In this document: positions 49,278-58,913 of the stretch, piece after piece
How positions within the stretch are numbered: the first letter of the stretch is position 1
How the letters are laid out: each line of letters begins with the position of its first letter
DNA from: a virus
Virus record (IMG/VR): IMGVR_UViG_3300046464_000709
Location: 1-64,000 of that record
DNA: 64,000 bases
Direction: 5' to 3' (one strand)
Notes under the pieces: generated by a model
What the model was told of the DNA's origin: nothing
The model's database searches: none
The model's input: the letters and a program-made list of their open reading frames with translations, nothing else
Position numbers and translations under genes: made by a program

Positions 49278-50054
49278 TCAGGCCCAAGCAAGCATTTTTA
49301 CGTAAAATAATTCAGAGTGATAATACGAATCTGAGACACTTGAGCTAAGTCCATCCCTCCCAGACCTGCGGCGATCCGAGCGTGCGGTTAAAAAATAAGC
49401 CTGAGTATCAATTTCAAAAGTAACACGAGAGCCGTCGTCAATAGCAATCTTGTTTCCGTGGCCCAGAGTTCGATCTTGCGGAATTCCGACGTGATCTACA
49501 ATAAACAAAGACTCAAGAGGCATTCCGTCTCCCGTTACAGAAGGTCCATGCTTATGCCAAGCTAGACGCATATGATCGTTTTTAGACCCTGTGAATTCGG
49601 AAAGTATTTTAATGTTGCTGACGGGTGTTGATCTTGCCCTAAAACACTTAAAGTTGCAGTCTCTCGTAAAGGCGGACATCAATACAGATCTAGCTGAAGA
49701 GGGAATGCTTGAAGCCTCTTTTTTTCCGTCGACTTCTTTTTGCAGCCAAGAAGCGCTGATCTTTTCTTTATGGCTGTTTGCCGGTGCCCGAGCTCCTCCA
49801 GTCGCTTCCGTAGCGAGGTTACCGGCCTTTCGCACAAAAGTGCCTCGATACCCAATCAAATCCTCTGGCTCATCTAGCCAGTTCCACGCCCAACTTTTCG
49901 TTCCCGGTAAATTGGCGCTAGGAGAGTCAATTAGGTGTGTTATGCTAGATTTATAAGTTCCCCCGCCTTTTTTCTGAACCAAAAAATTGTCTGTTGTGGG
50001 ATTAAAGTCCAACTTGTCTAATTTGCGGAGCTCATGTATTTGCTTGTTTGACAT
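49278..50054 (-). CDS. Putative fibre/virion protein (paralogue 1)
   Basis: KQIHEL..DFNPTTDNFLVQK and IPSSARSVLM; GTGTA 10 nt upstream. Confidence 0.55.
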   Translation of the reverse strand: MSNKQIHELRKLDKLDFNPTTDNFLVQKKGGGTYKSSITHLIDSPSANLPGTKSWAWNWLDEPEDLIGYRGTFVRKAGNLATEATGGARAPANSHKEKISASWLQKEVDGKKEASSIPSSARSVLMSAFTRDCNFKCFRARSTPVSNIKILSEFTGSKNDHMRLAWHKHGPSVTGDGMPLESLFIVDHVGIPQDRTLGHGNKIAIDDGSRVTFEIDTQAYFLTARSDRRRSGRDGLSSSVSDSYYHSELFYVKMLAWA

Positions 50055-50242
50055 TTATTCTATATACACTATTTTATACTTAAAAGATGCTTGCAGATAT
50101 CTTCTGCACATTATTATAATATTTTATTTTATATTTTATACTCAAACTATATTTAAACTATATTCAAATCATAAATTAATTGTTTTTATTTTTAGCTGTA
50201 TTTATTGAAAAACAAAAAAACAAAAGCTAGTATATAACATAC

Positions 50243-50440
50243 ATGAAAGATTCATTGAGCGTGGTTAGTGTTTTATTGGTTATATTTTATATGGGGTGGT
50301 TTATGTGGAAGCAGAGAGAGCTAATACAGTCGCAGAACGACTATATCGATCAACTCGAACATGACGCAATAATTCAAAATATATTATTACAGCAAGTAAT
50401 TCAAGAAAAAGAAAGTCCAATATATAAAAGAGCTATATAA
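50243..50440 (+). CDS. Small single-TM protein
   Basis: N-terminal TM and short coil; TTGAAA-N17-TAGTAT at 50205-50233. Confidence 0.6.
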   Translation: MKDSLSVVSVLLVIFYMGWFMWKQRELIQSQNDYIDQLEHDAIIQNILLQQVIQEKESPIYKRAI

Positions 50441-50503
50441 TTGCCGCGAAAACTAATCAATATTTTAGTTTAATTTTTTATATACTTTTATATAATAGTA
50501 CAT

Positions 50504-50824
50504 ATGACAGACGCAACACTAGAAAATCCAGAAGAAACTGAAAAGAAAAACGCCGAATCAACAGAAAACAAAGAGTTGACTGATGAGCAAAAACTAGATT
50601 ACGATATGGCTATTGCTGCTATAGCGAATCAATTTCTTGATAAAACTAATTTGGCAGAAGCTTTCAGCACTGTACCATTAAGTACGTTAATTCAATCGGT
50701 TCAAAGCCAGGCAGTCACACAAGCTAAAGAAACAATCAAGCAAATGCCCGCCGAAGACTATAACGGACTTGTTAATGACCTCAAAAATCAGTCAGAGAAC
50801 CAAGAAAGCGAAAAAACAGAATAA
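50504..50824 (+). CDS. Acidic hypothetical protein
   Basis: 106 aa, followed by terminator. Confidence 0.65.
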   Translation: MTDATLENPEETEKKNAESTENKELTDEQKLDYDMAIAAIANQFLDKTNLAEAFSTVPLSTLIQSVQSQAVTQAKETIKQMPAEDYNGLVNDLKNQSENQESEKTE

Positions 50825-50851
50825 ACTTTTAAAAATCTATATTCCATGAAG

Positions 50852-50882
50852 ACCAACGGTGATCATTTGCCGTTGGTTTTTT
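50852..50882 (+). terminator. Intrinsic terminator between convergent genes
   Basis: ACCAACGGT-gatcattt-GCCGTTGGT followed by T run. Confidence 0.75.
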
Positions 50883-51183
50883 ATTTTAATTTACTTATAA
50901 TGTAATTTAAATTGTCGCAAGTTATTTTATCGACCGAAATATCTGCACACTTATCAGTTTTTAAAGTAAATCCAGATTCTCTCTCAGTGTCTATTATTAG
51001 ATAGCTTATAAAGTCATGCGCGCCAAACCCTTTGAGCCAGCTCCAATACATACTACGAGTGCCTGGCGGGCATTCTAGAAGCACATCCTCGAACTTGTAT
51101 GTTCGAGCATATAATGTAACATCTCGAAAACAAGAAATTTCACTGGGAGGCTCACTCAAGCAGGACTCGATAATTAATTTCAT
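50881..51183 (-). CDS. Hypothetical protein
   Basis: 100 aa, ATGA-coupled to upstream gene. Confidence 0.55.
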   Translation of the reverse strand: MKLIIESCLSEPPSEISCFRDVTLYARTYKFEDVLLECPPGTRSMYWSWLKGFGAHDFISYLIIDTERESGFTLKTDKCADISVDKITCDNLNYIISKLK

Positions 51184-51413
51184 TTTTCTAATTTTTCGAA
51201 GAGTCGAACAACATCATTTCTTCTATCCTCCAAAAGTCTTTGAGTTTGTTCCCATCGTTCTGCATCTCTAGCTCCGTTTTTAGCTAAATCAACTTCCATT
51301 CTTCTTAGTTTCGATCCTAGTTTTTCGATTTTTAAGCTTTCTCTTTTTAAATAGAAGGCAATAATCGACACTAATATGCCAACTCCTATTATCAATATTT
51401 CTTGCATTTCCAT
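51180..51413 (-). CDS. Small single-TM coiled-coil protein
   Basis: MEMQEILIIGVGILVSIIAFYLK..; ATG 51413 is 9 nt after GTGTA. Confidence 0.6.
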   Translation of the reverse strand: MEMQEILIIGVGILVSIIAFYLKRESLKIEKLGSKLRRMEVDLAKNGARDAERWEQTQRLLEDRRNDVVRLFEKLEK

Positions 51414-51497
51414 ATACATAAATACACGCAAGACGGGGGAACCCTTAATACGAATTTTCTATAAATTAGTTTATGTAATTATTCTTAACAAAAAGAA

Positions 51498-51890
51498 TTA
51501 ATTAGAATTTTGCTGTTTTTGCTTATAAATTTTTCCCCTAATGATTGCGGGTTGACATAGAAAATCTCTACATATTCTTGGTCTATCTTTATATATTGAG
51601 CAAGACTTGATACCTTTATCTCCATCACCCTTTAATTGCTTGCATTTTAAGCAATGAGAACCACGCTTTAGTTTAGACTTGTCTTCGAATACGGCATCAT
51701 AAAGATCTTGAGCTTCTTTGTTCTTTGGGTCGTAAAAAAATAACTTGCAGCAATAATTCTTCTTCAAGCATCCTGACCAATTCGAGCTAGTACCATGTTC
51801 TTTGATATAAAGGTCGACCTCTCGCTTGGCCCCTTGCAATGAAATCTTTTTAGATGGCGAATAAAAAAAATATTGATCATCTTTGCTCAT
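51498..51890 (-). CDS. YkgJ-like cysteine-cluster protein
   Basis: GC..CC, C..L, CSIYKDRPRICRDFLC. Confidence 0.75.
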   Translation of the reverse strand: MSKDDQYFFYSPSKKISLQGAKREVDLYIKEHGTSSNWSGCLKKNYCCKLFFYDPKNKEAQDLYDAVFEDKSKLKRGSHCLKCKQLKGDGDKGIKSCSIYKDRPRICRDFLCQPAIIRGKIYKQKQQNSN

Positions 51891-52630
51891 ACAAAATCTT
51901 TAAAAGTATATCGAGAAAAAGAGTCCAGCTCTTTCAAACTCATTGATGTCCTGCAGGAGCTTAGGGCAGCCGCCATAGAAGGAGCGTCCTCTTTAACCTC
52001 GGAGTGCCACTGATTGAATGTTGGTCCAAACGTAACAAAGAATACATTTCTTTCAGTATTTTCGCTAGTATTGGGCGTACCTTGATGCAACACTGCCGTA
52101 TCATAACAAAAAACAGAGCCAGCCTTTAATGAAATTTTTTTAATATTTGAATTTGAAAAATATTTTCTATAAAAATTATGTTCTCTTTGACTCTGAAAAT
52201 ACAAATCCTCAATACTTTTATTATTTTGATTTCGAAATATTCTCTGGCTTCCTGGAATATAATTGAAAGTTCCAGTTGAATAATTTATATCCGAAAGACA
52301 AATGCCAACAGTATACCATCTCATCAAATCATTTGGCGCATAATTATCTGCATGAATTGGCTGTCCCTGCTCTCCAGGCACAGTGGTCATCAAAATAGAC
52401 TCGCAGATATGATCATGAGTTAAACAGCAGGAAATTTGGTCTTTTATTTGCCTTATTGCCTTTTTTATAAATACAATAATATCTTGATTCAATTCAATAT
52501 TCTTCCAGAATCTAGTTCCAAATTTATGGGCACGCGGCTTTTTGGAAACAAGTAAAAGAAAATTTTTGATTTCCTCTGGTTTAAAAACTTGCTTCGAGTA
52601 TATTAATCCCTCATCAAGCAAATCAACCAT
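51887..52630 (-). CDS. 2-oxoglutarate/Fe(II) dioxygenase (PhyH-like)
   Basis: QPIHAD, GTFNYIPGSQ, LKAGSVFCYD..LHQG..N...ER. Confidence 0.8.
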   Translation of the reverse strand: MVDLLDEGLIYSKQVFKPEEIKNFLLLVSKKPRAHKFGTRFWKNIELNQDIIVFIKKAIRQIKDQISCCLTHDHICESILMTTVPGEQGQPIHADNYAPNDLMRWYTVGICLSDINYSTGTFNYIPGSQRIFRNQNNKSIEDLYFQSQREHNFYRKYFSNSNIKKISLKAGSVFCYDTAVLHQGTPNTSENTERNVFFVTFGPTFNQWHSEVKEDAPSMAAALSSCRTSMSLKELDSFSRYTFKDFV

Positions 52631-53651
52631 ACACGTCAGCGATATAAATCTGACTATTGGTAGGCGCTCCAATATCAGTCCATATATTTGTTAAATCTGC
52701 ATGATTCGTGAACAATTCATCTGCCGTATAACCGCCTAGATCACTTAAGATTGATGCCTCGGAGTATATGCTTGAATATTGGTTTCCTTTTGCATTGCTA
52801 TCACTTGTTATCATCAGCCCAAATCCAGCTTGCGGTTCTACCAGGCAAAAATAAAGTCTATCTATATTGGAATTATCGACTGCAGACCCAAGAAGTTGGG
52901 GCTGATTACCTCCATAGGATGAGTTTATTGAATTGAGACTGACCTTATAGTAATCTGATGGAACCCAAGCGCTAGACATCGTCATCTGAAGTATAGCATA
53001 AGAGCTAGTATTATTTTTAAATGTCGCAAATGAATACGAATAGTAACTACTTATATCAGATCGGCCCATGAATGGAAAATTTTTAGGGTCAGAACATATT
53101 TGGGTATAGGCAGTGCTAGCGCCTAAACCCGTTGCTTCTGGGCCTTTCGCCCGCATTGTTGCAACAATATTTCCTGAGCCACTACCGCTTCCTCCAGCAG
53201 ATGCAACAACTTTGATATATGGGTAAGTCGTAAAATTAGAGTTGCTTACATTATATGTGGCTCCAATATTTGGAATGAGCAATCCCTGACTACCTAGTAC
53301 AACTTGTATTGTGTTGCTAGTAATTAATGCTTGGCTTCCATAATCAGCTCTAGGAGCATCTGTCTGAGATATTTCATGATTTGATATATCTATAGCATCA
53401 GTTCCAGAGTTATCTTTTGCAGCATAAACATTGTAAACTAAATCTGTCGTTCCCAAATTGTGATCAAATTGCATTTTAGCTCCGTTCGCAACATCTGTTC
53501 CGCTTGCATCTTGATTTATCCATCCAGTGCTAAAATTTCCGCTTGTTCCTGCTACGCTTGCAATATCATAAATATTGTTTGCGCCTCGTTTTATGAATTT
53601 TTTACCTTTTATAGTAAAACTGTTTTCTCCGTTGTATGATGATAATGACAT
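52623..53651 (-). CDS. Tail fibre/receptor-binding protein
   Basis: FSTGW..HNLGTTD module shared with neighbouring gene, Gly linker, unique tip. Confidence 0.65.
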   Translation of the reverse strand: MSLSSYNGENSFTIKGKKFIKRGANNIYDIASVAGTSGNFSTGWINQDASGTDVANGAKMQFDHNLGTTDLVYNVYAAKDNSGTDAIDISNHEISQTDAPRADYGSQALITSNTIQVVLGSQGLLIPNIGATYNVSNSNFTTYPYIKVVASAGGSGSGSGNIVATMRAKGPEATGLGASTAYTQICSDPKNFPFMGRSDISSYYSYSFATFKNNTSSYAILQMTMSSAWVPSDYYKVSLNSINSSYGGNQPQLLGSAVDNSNIDRLYFCLVEPQAGFGLMITSDSNAKGNQYSSIYSEASILSDLGGYTADELFTNHADLTNIWTDIGAPTNSQIYIADVYG

Positions 53652-53663
53652 GATATTTTAAAA

Positions 53664-55139
53664 TTAAAAAACTATAAGTGAAATATAAGCGGAATCATAC
53701 CAGAGATTATTAGACCCCAGCCCAATTTTAATAGAATTGTTTCCCACATTATAGAGATCAGAATACAAAATAGGATGCCCATCTGATCTTTCTGAATTAT
53801 CATGAAACGCAACCGGATTCGGTACTGGACTAGTAAAAGTAACAGTATACTGACCAGCCTGATGGTCGGTAATACTTGACACATTAAAGCTATTAGAAGC
53901 ACTTAATTCTGTGGTCATATTTGATGCAGTTCCATCAAATTCTACATATGCGCGTGGGCCTGAGCCGCCACCGCCACCAGACGCAATGATTTTGATACGA
54001 TATGCTGTGTTCCCAACTATATTTAAGTAATTTAATTCTCCAGGTGTCGCGGCACTCTCTCCAAGAATTTTTTCAAATATACGTATTGTGCCAGTATTTG
54101 AATCAATAGGATTGTAATGCACTCCTGAGTCTGTACTCACACTCCATTCGTCTGACTGCAGGCCAATATTCTGCTCTTTTCCGGTAGATACATCTTGTAT
54201 GTAAACTTGTACTACAGGATATTTATTGCCAAGCATATGTGATATTGATAAGTCTGCGTAATTATCGCTAGAGCCGGCAGCATAATTTGGCACCTCCAGC
54301 CAACCACTATCAAAATTCCCTCCGCTGCTTCCGCCGCCACCACCGCCAGCCAATAAATTGGTTCCTACTACATCAGCGCATTCAGTTAAATCGAGGTATG
54401 CACCCCTAAAAGGCGAGGCGCCTTCAAAAAATCTTAATCGATTTTCACATTGATCAAAATGTACATAACTTCCTCCGAGCGTAGAATTCGGAGCTTTTTC
54501 GAAAGCCATTTCTCCACCTTCGTTTCCAGATACAATTCCAGAACCAACTATCATTCCTGGAGCAAAAAGATTGCTGCCATCAAATTTTAAATTTACATTG
54601 GCGCCAAATGCTCCATTGTCATTGAATTGAAGTTGACGATCTGATCCGGCAGGCGTTCCTCCTCCACCACCAGATCCCATTTTTGCAGATACAACAACTT
54701 TTACATATTTTGAAGCCCAGCTTTCTTTACTCCAGGTTCCAGAGCTGGAAACATTAAAAAATCCTCCAGCACCTAATTGAAGAGAAAGCTGGGTTTCGGA
54801 TATGTTATCAATAATAGCTCCATCCATTTTTGAGCCGGCACTAGATGCAGCGCTATCAGTAAATATTTGATACGCGTTGCTTCCCAACGAATCATGTGAT
54901 ACCCAAATTTGAATCACAAAATCTGTCGTTCCTAAATTATGATTAAAAGTCAAAGTCGCACCATCTGCAACTGCTGTGGTTCCATCTGTGTTGACCCATC
55001 CAGTACTAAATGCAGAACCATCTGTTCCTGCTGAGATATCATAAACCACTGCGCCGTTATCAACTCTTCGAGTATAAGTTTTTCCTCCAAATGAAAATGA
55101 ATTCATGGAGTTGTTGGTTAATGTATCTTTAATTGACAT
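53664..55139 (-). CDS. Modular tail fibre protein
   Basis: FSTGW..HNLGTTD, GSDRQLQFNDNGAFG, FDSGW and RAYVEFDG..SFNVSSITD modules separated by poly-Gly. Confidence 0.7.
   Translation of the reverse strand: MSIKDTLTNNSMNSFSFGGKTYTRRVDNGAVVYDISAGTDGSAFSTGWVNTDGTTAVADGATLTFNHNLGTTDFVIQIWVSHDSLGSNAYQIFTDSAASSAGSKMDGAIIDNISETQLSLQLGAGGFFNVSSSGTWSKESWASKYVKVVVSAKMGSGGGGGTPAGSDRQLQFNDNGAFGANVNLKFDGSNLFAPGMIVGSGIVSGNEGGEMAFEKAPNSTLGGSYVHFDQCENRLRFFEGASPFRGAYLDLTECADVVGTNLLAGGGGGGSSGGNFDSGWLEVPNYAAGSSDNYADLSISHMLGNKYPVVQVYIQDVSTGKEQNIGLQSDEWSVSTDSGVHYNPIDSNTGTIRIFEKILGESAATPGELNYLNIVGNTAYRIKIIASGGGGGSGPRAYVEFDGTASNMTTELSASNSFNVSSITDHQAGQYTVTFTSPVPNPVAFHDNSERSDGHPILYSDLYNVGNNSIKIGLGSNNLWYDSAYISLIVF
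53875..53951. repeat. 77-bp exact repeat, copy A
   Basis: Identical to 56456-56532. Confidence 0.9.
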
Positions 55140-55142
55140 GAT

Positions 55143-55379
55143 TTATAGATTTTGTAATTTTTCTTTTAATTGCTCGGCATCTGTGCAAGCATCAATTTCG
55201 TCCTGCATGGTAGTATATTTTGCGCGAATTTTAACGCGCTCAGCTTCTGCATCATCGAAATCATTGCCTGGAATTTGTTTCATAATAATTTCGTCATACG
55301 ACTTAAATTCTTCGGCTCTAGCTTCACGACGAGCAGAATGTACAATTTCTTTTGCTTTTGGTAAATTAATTTTGATCAT
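55143..55379 (-). CDS. Tail fibre assembly-type protein
   Basis: MIKINLPKAKEIVHSARREARAEEF..IDAC..EQLK motif typical of fibre-adjacent genes. Confidence 0.6.
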   Translation of the reverse strand: MIKINLPKAKEIVHSARREARAEEFKSYDEIIMKQIPGNDFDDAEAERVKIRAKYTTMQDEIDACTDAEQLKEKLQNL

Positions 55380-56208
55380 CTTGATTTTCCTCGGGTTGTG
55401 GCTCAGATTCAACTTCTGGCTCGGGTTCTGGTTGAGGTTCTTCGTATCCTCTGCGACTTTCCAAAGGAAGCTTGGTTAATAATTCTTGTAATTTGCTTTC
55501 GCATTCAGCAACATCTGCTTGATATTGTTCAACCATAGCTTCAATTTCAGAAACTGCAGATTCAATAGATTCTGCAACACCTTTAAGGCTTTCAAGATCA
55601 GCTTTTTTCGAATCAAGTTCTGTAGTTGCTTCTGCAGCTGCTCGCTTTTTGGCAAACAAATCATCTTGAACTTTAAATGCTTCATCTGCAACCTTACGCA
55701 ATTCAATGGCGCTATTTTTTTGCTCTTCGGTTGGTTCTTCAGAATCTGCTACAACAGCTTCTGCAGCAGATAATTTGGTTTCCCAGTCTGTTTTTTTCTC
55801 GAAAGCTTCTGCTTTTACAACTTCCCATGCAGCAAGTAATTCTTCTTGTTTAGGTTCAAGCTCAGCAATTTCTTGCTTAAGCGATTCGATGCTTTCATTG
55901 TTTTTGGATAAATTTTCTTTTTCTTCGCTCAAACGTGATTCTACATATTTAAGGTTAGATTTGCAGTTTTCAAGTTTTGCTTGAGCTTCTACTTCGCCGC
56001 CAATTCCATCATTCAAATCGGCGTCATCAATATCCCAGGCGTCGCGAAATGTTCGGTCAGCAGGAACTTCGTCGGTTGTGCCGATTCTGTATAGTGTTCC
56101 GAATTTGAGCATTTTTTGCGCCTGCTCGTGAACTTTGTCAACCGATAAATTGTCCACAAAATGTGTGACGGCTACGGTTGGATCATTATATATTAATATA
56201 TTTTTCAT
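55366..56208 (-). CDS. Fibre-associated protein with coiled-coil extension
   Basis: VPADRTFRDAW N-domain, long acidic coiled coil, EP-rich tail. Confidence 0.6.
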   Translation of the reverse strand: MKNILIYNDPTVAVTHFVDNLSVDKVHEQAQKMLKFGTLYRIGTTDEVPADRTFRDAWDIDDADLNDGIGGEVEAQAKLENCKSNLKYVESRLSEEKENLSKNNESIESLKQEIAELEPKQEELLAAWEVVKAEAFEKKTDWETKLSAAEAVVADSEEPTEEQKNSAIELRKVADEAFKVQDDLFAKKRAAAEATTELDSKKADLESLKGVAESIESAVSEIEAMVEQYQADVAECESKLQELLTKLPLESRRGYEEPQPEPEPEVESEPQPEENQDDQN

Positions 56209-56217
56209 GATTAAAAA

Positions 56218-57822
56218 TTAGTGAACTATAAGCGAAACATAACTGGGATTATGGTGACTACCAAGGTTACCACCGCTATCTATTTCATTGATTCTGAGTA
56301 CTACAGCCGAGCTTGAAACGCTAGATATTCTGGCAAGAACATGATTATCGCTGCCAACGGAGGTGTTCGGGTTGAGGGCGTGCGCATTGACTACCGGGTT
56401 AGTTACTGGGCTTGTAAATGTGATAGTATAGATTCCAGTTCCACCATCTGTGATGCTTGACACATTAAAGCTATTAGAAGCACTTAATTCTGTGGTCATA
56501 TTTGATGCAGTTCCATCAAATTCTACATATGCACGCGGACCAGTTCCGCCACCACCGCCGCCATTTGCTTGAATCCATCCGCCAATTGAATCGGTATAAA
56601 CATAAAGTGCAGCGCTACTTTCGTCGTACCATAAATCTCCATCAGATGCGCTAGCTGGAACAGTCTCATCAGTACTAACACTTGCTCCGCCGCCTCCGCC
56701 GCCTCCGCCGCCTCCGCCGCCACCACCAGCATTAATTTTGAATATTGAAAGCCTACCTTTTAACGTGGGAACGTTATCGGAGCTACAGGTGTATTCAAAG
56801 TAAAGCTTATTCCCTGCATTTAAATATCTTGCGCCTGAAAAGTTTAAAGTTTCTTGGTTTTCTCCTGCTACTTGGCCTGCTGCAGCTAAATTTTCAGGAG
56901 AACCATTCGGAATGGTGTCTCCTGTGTGCAGTCGTAAGGAGATTGATGTAGAAGTATTTACATTAAGTTGAATTGACGCATTAAGTTGATAAAATCCACT
57001 ATCCGGCACGGTAAATACTGCGGCTCGATCAGTGCCCGTACCGCTTCCATTTCCTGTTGATAAACTGCTTGTATCATCTGTATGAATTGTTGCGGTAATA
57101 TTTGCAGCGCTATCGTCAAAGCAAAACCATCCTCCGCCTCCAGACATGTGGGCTGCATTTGCCGTAAATTCAGCATCAATATTTACCGCAGCACTTGATC
57201 CACCAACAGCTCCATTGGTTTGAATCCATGCATCTCTATCTGCAAAGTATACATACAATGAAGCAGTATCTGAATCCCACCATAAATCGCCATCGCTTGG
57301 CGAGCCAGGAGCATCTGTCGAAACAGAAATTGAACCACCGCCTGTACCGGGTGTGCCTCCAACACCTCCTTTTGTTATGATTTCATTTATTTTTGTACGA
57401 ATTTGATCAACAGAAACTGATGCTCGAGCTCCACCAAGATTATTTCCGGGCAATAAACCAGTACCGTATCCATCTTCAGGGCCACCATTTACGACTGGAT
57501 GAGAGACTTTTATCTTTCCATTCATTACAGGATGAGAACTACAAACATATGTATACGAACCTTCTCCAAGTAAATTTGCATCAGATATTAAAGCAATTTG
57601 TCCGTTCGATTCGGTCACTTGCCACGAAACATAATCTGCGCTCAAATTCATTACATGACCGCCGCTAGCATTGGTTATGGTTATATCGTCATCGCTGCGA
57701 ATATAAATTGTCGGATTTGGAGCATCTTCTAAACCGTGTCCGTTCCATAAATATGCAGAGTTGTCAGATGCAGCAGTAACAGTATAATTATACGATTTAG
57801 ATAAATTGGTTCGATTACTCAT
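56218..57822 (-). CDS. Modular fibre protein (cupredoxin-like, GDLW repeats, C1q-like, tip)
   Basis: GGHVM..YVCSSHPVMNG; two DGDLW.D..LYVY..WIQ repeats; FTVPDSGFYQLNA..YLNAG; Gly14; GTGTA 10 nt upstream. Confidence 0.7.
   Translation of the reverse strand: MSNRTNLSKSYNYTVTAASDNSAYLWNGHGLEDAPNPTIYIRSDDDITITNASGGHVMNLSADYVSWQVTESNGQIALISDANLLGEGSYTYVCSSHPVMNGKIKVSHPVVNGGPEDGYGTGLLPGNNLGGARASVSVDQIRTKINEIITKGGVGGTPGTGGGSISVSTDAPGSPSDGDLWWDSDTASLYVYFADRDAWIQTNGAVGGSSAAVNIDAEFTANAAHMSGGGGWFCFDDSAANITATIHTDDTSSLSTGNGSGTGTDRAAVFTVPDSGFYQLNASIQLNVNTSTSISLRLHTGDTIPNGSPENLAAAGQVAGENQETLNFSGARYLNAGNKLYFEYTCSSDNVPTLKGRLSIFKINAGGGGGGGGGGGGGGASVSTDETVPASASDGDLWYDESSAALYVYTDSIGGWIQANGGGGGGTGPRAYVEFDGTASNMTTELSASNSFNVSSITDGGTGIYTITFTSPVTNPVVNAHALNPNTSVGSDNHVLARISSVSSSAVVLRINEIDSGGNLGSHHNPSYVSLIVH
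56456..56532. repeat. 77-bp exact repeat, copy B
   Basis: Identical to 53875-53951. Confidence 0.9.
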
Positions 57823-57843
57823 TCTATTTGATTACACTATAGT

Positions 57844-58575
57844 CTATTTTTTGCTTTGAATTTTTGTTATTACAAATTTTAGTATTTCACTTCGCATGAT
57901 ATCTTCTGCGCCAAAGTGAAAAGTATGAACTCCTTGAGCTTTACTTTCTTCGTCATTAAATAATCGATACATATCTGCAAATCCACTTTTGCCATTAATG
58001 TCGCTCTGCATAGGATCACCGCAAATGATCAATTTGCTGCCCTCGCCAAGTCGAGTCATTAATGTTGTCAATTCTTTGAATGTGAAATTTTGAGATTCAT
58101 CCGCGATTACTATCTCATCACGCCAACTAGCTCCGCGCAAATAATTGACAGGCATACCTTTAACAATGTCTTTCTCTTTGACAATACTTGCTTGCCCAGG
58201 AATCAATAACTCGTCGAGCTTTTCATTCATTGGCATCATATATGGATTGATTTTCTCGGCCATTTCTCCGGGTAATGCGCCAAGACTTTTTTCGCCACTT
58301 TCAGCAATCGTGCGAACATATGTAATGCCGCGCTCATTTTTCATATTGTATAATTGTAATGCGCCGTAAATCGCGACATACGTTTTACTCGTTCCGGCGG
58401 GCCCACTTATAAATATTATCTTTGATTCACTGTCAAATATTATTTTTAATAATTGGTTTTGTTTTTCAGTTAAATTTATTTTCTTTAACTTGATGTTTAT
58501 TTTTGTTAATGATTTACGAATTTTTTCGATTTCGTCTTCATTCACGATTTCTGGTTTTTTCTTGCGTCGAGGCAT
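57844..58575 (-). CDS. phoH: PhoH family ATPase
   Basis: GPAGTSKT, LGALPG..EK..PY, YLRG, ADESQN, LMTRLG, GDPMQSD. Confidence 0.92.
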   Translation of the reverse strand: MPRRKKKPEIVNEDEIEKIRKSLTKINIKLKKINLTEKQNQLLKIIFDSESKIIFISGPAGTSKTYVAIYGALQLYNMKNERGITYVRTIAESGEKSLGALPGEMAEKINPYMMPMNEKLDELLIPGQASIVKEKDIVKGMPVNYLRGASWRDEIVIADESQNFTFKELTTLMTRLGEGSKLIICGDPMQSDINGKSGFADMYRLFNDEESKAQGVHTFHFGAEDIMRSEILKFVITKIQSKK

Positions 58576-58741
58576 GATATATATTATTGTATAATAAAGT
58601 ACACCTTTTTTAAGTTTTTTTAAAAGGCGGGCCGGATGTTTAATAATTATAAATAGGTTATTTTATAAAGGGCCGCCGATTTTTTTCGAATCGAACATAT
58701 ATATTGTAATTTATAATATGAAATTCATATTGAAAAAAGGC

Positions 58742-58826
58742 ACCCCCCGCCGGTATTGCACAATTCAATTGAAAAATTAATCCATTTAATGGGTAGGGTC
58801 AGCCGGTGGGGGGGTATAGTGCAATA
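58742..58826. other. GC-rich interleaved inverted repeats at the late/early divergence point
   Basis: CCCCCCGCCGG (58743-53) pairs with CCGGTGGGGGG (58803-13); TATTGCAC (58754-61) pairs with GTGCAATA (58819-26). Confidence 0.6.
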
Positions 58827-58913
58827 AAATAGTTTAATCTTTTTTCACTTTTTTCTTGCGTTTTGGTCAGAATATGTTAGATTGTATATATAGTAAGTTA
58901 AACAATAAAAAAT

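Noticed and set aside
53664-57822. Diversity-generating retroelement TR/VR pair
   Set aside because: The repeat is exact rather than adenine-mutated, both copies are coding, and no reverse transcriptase is seen
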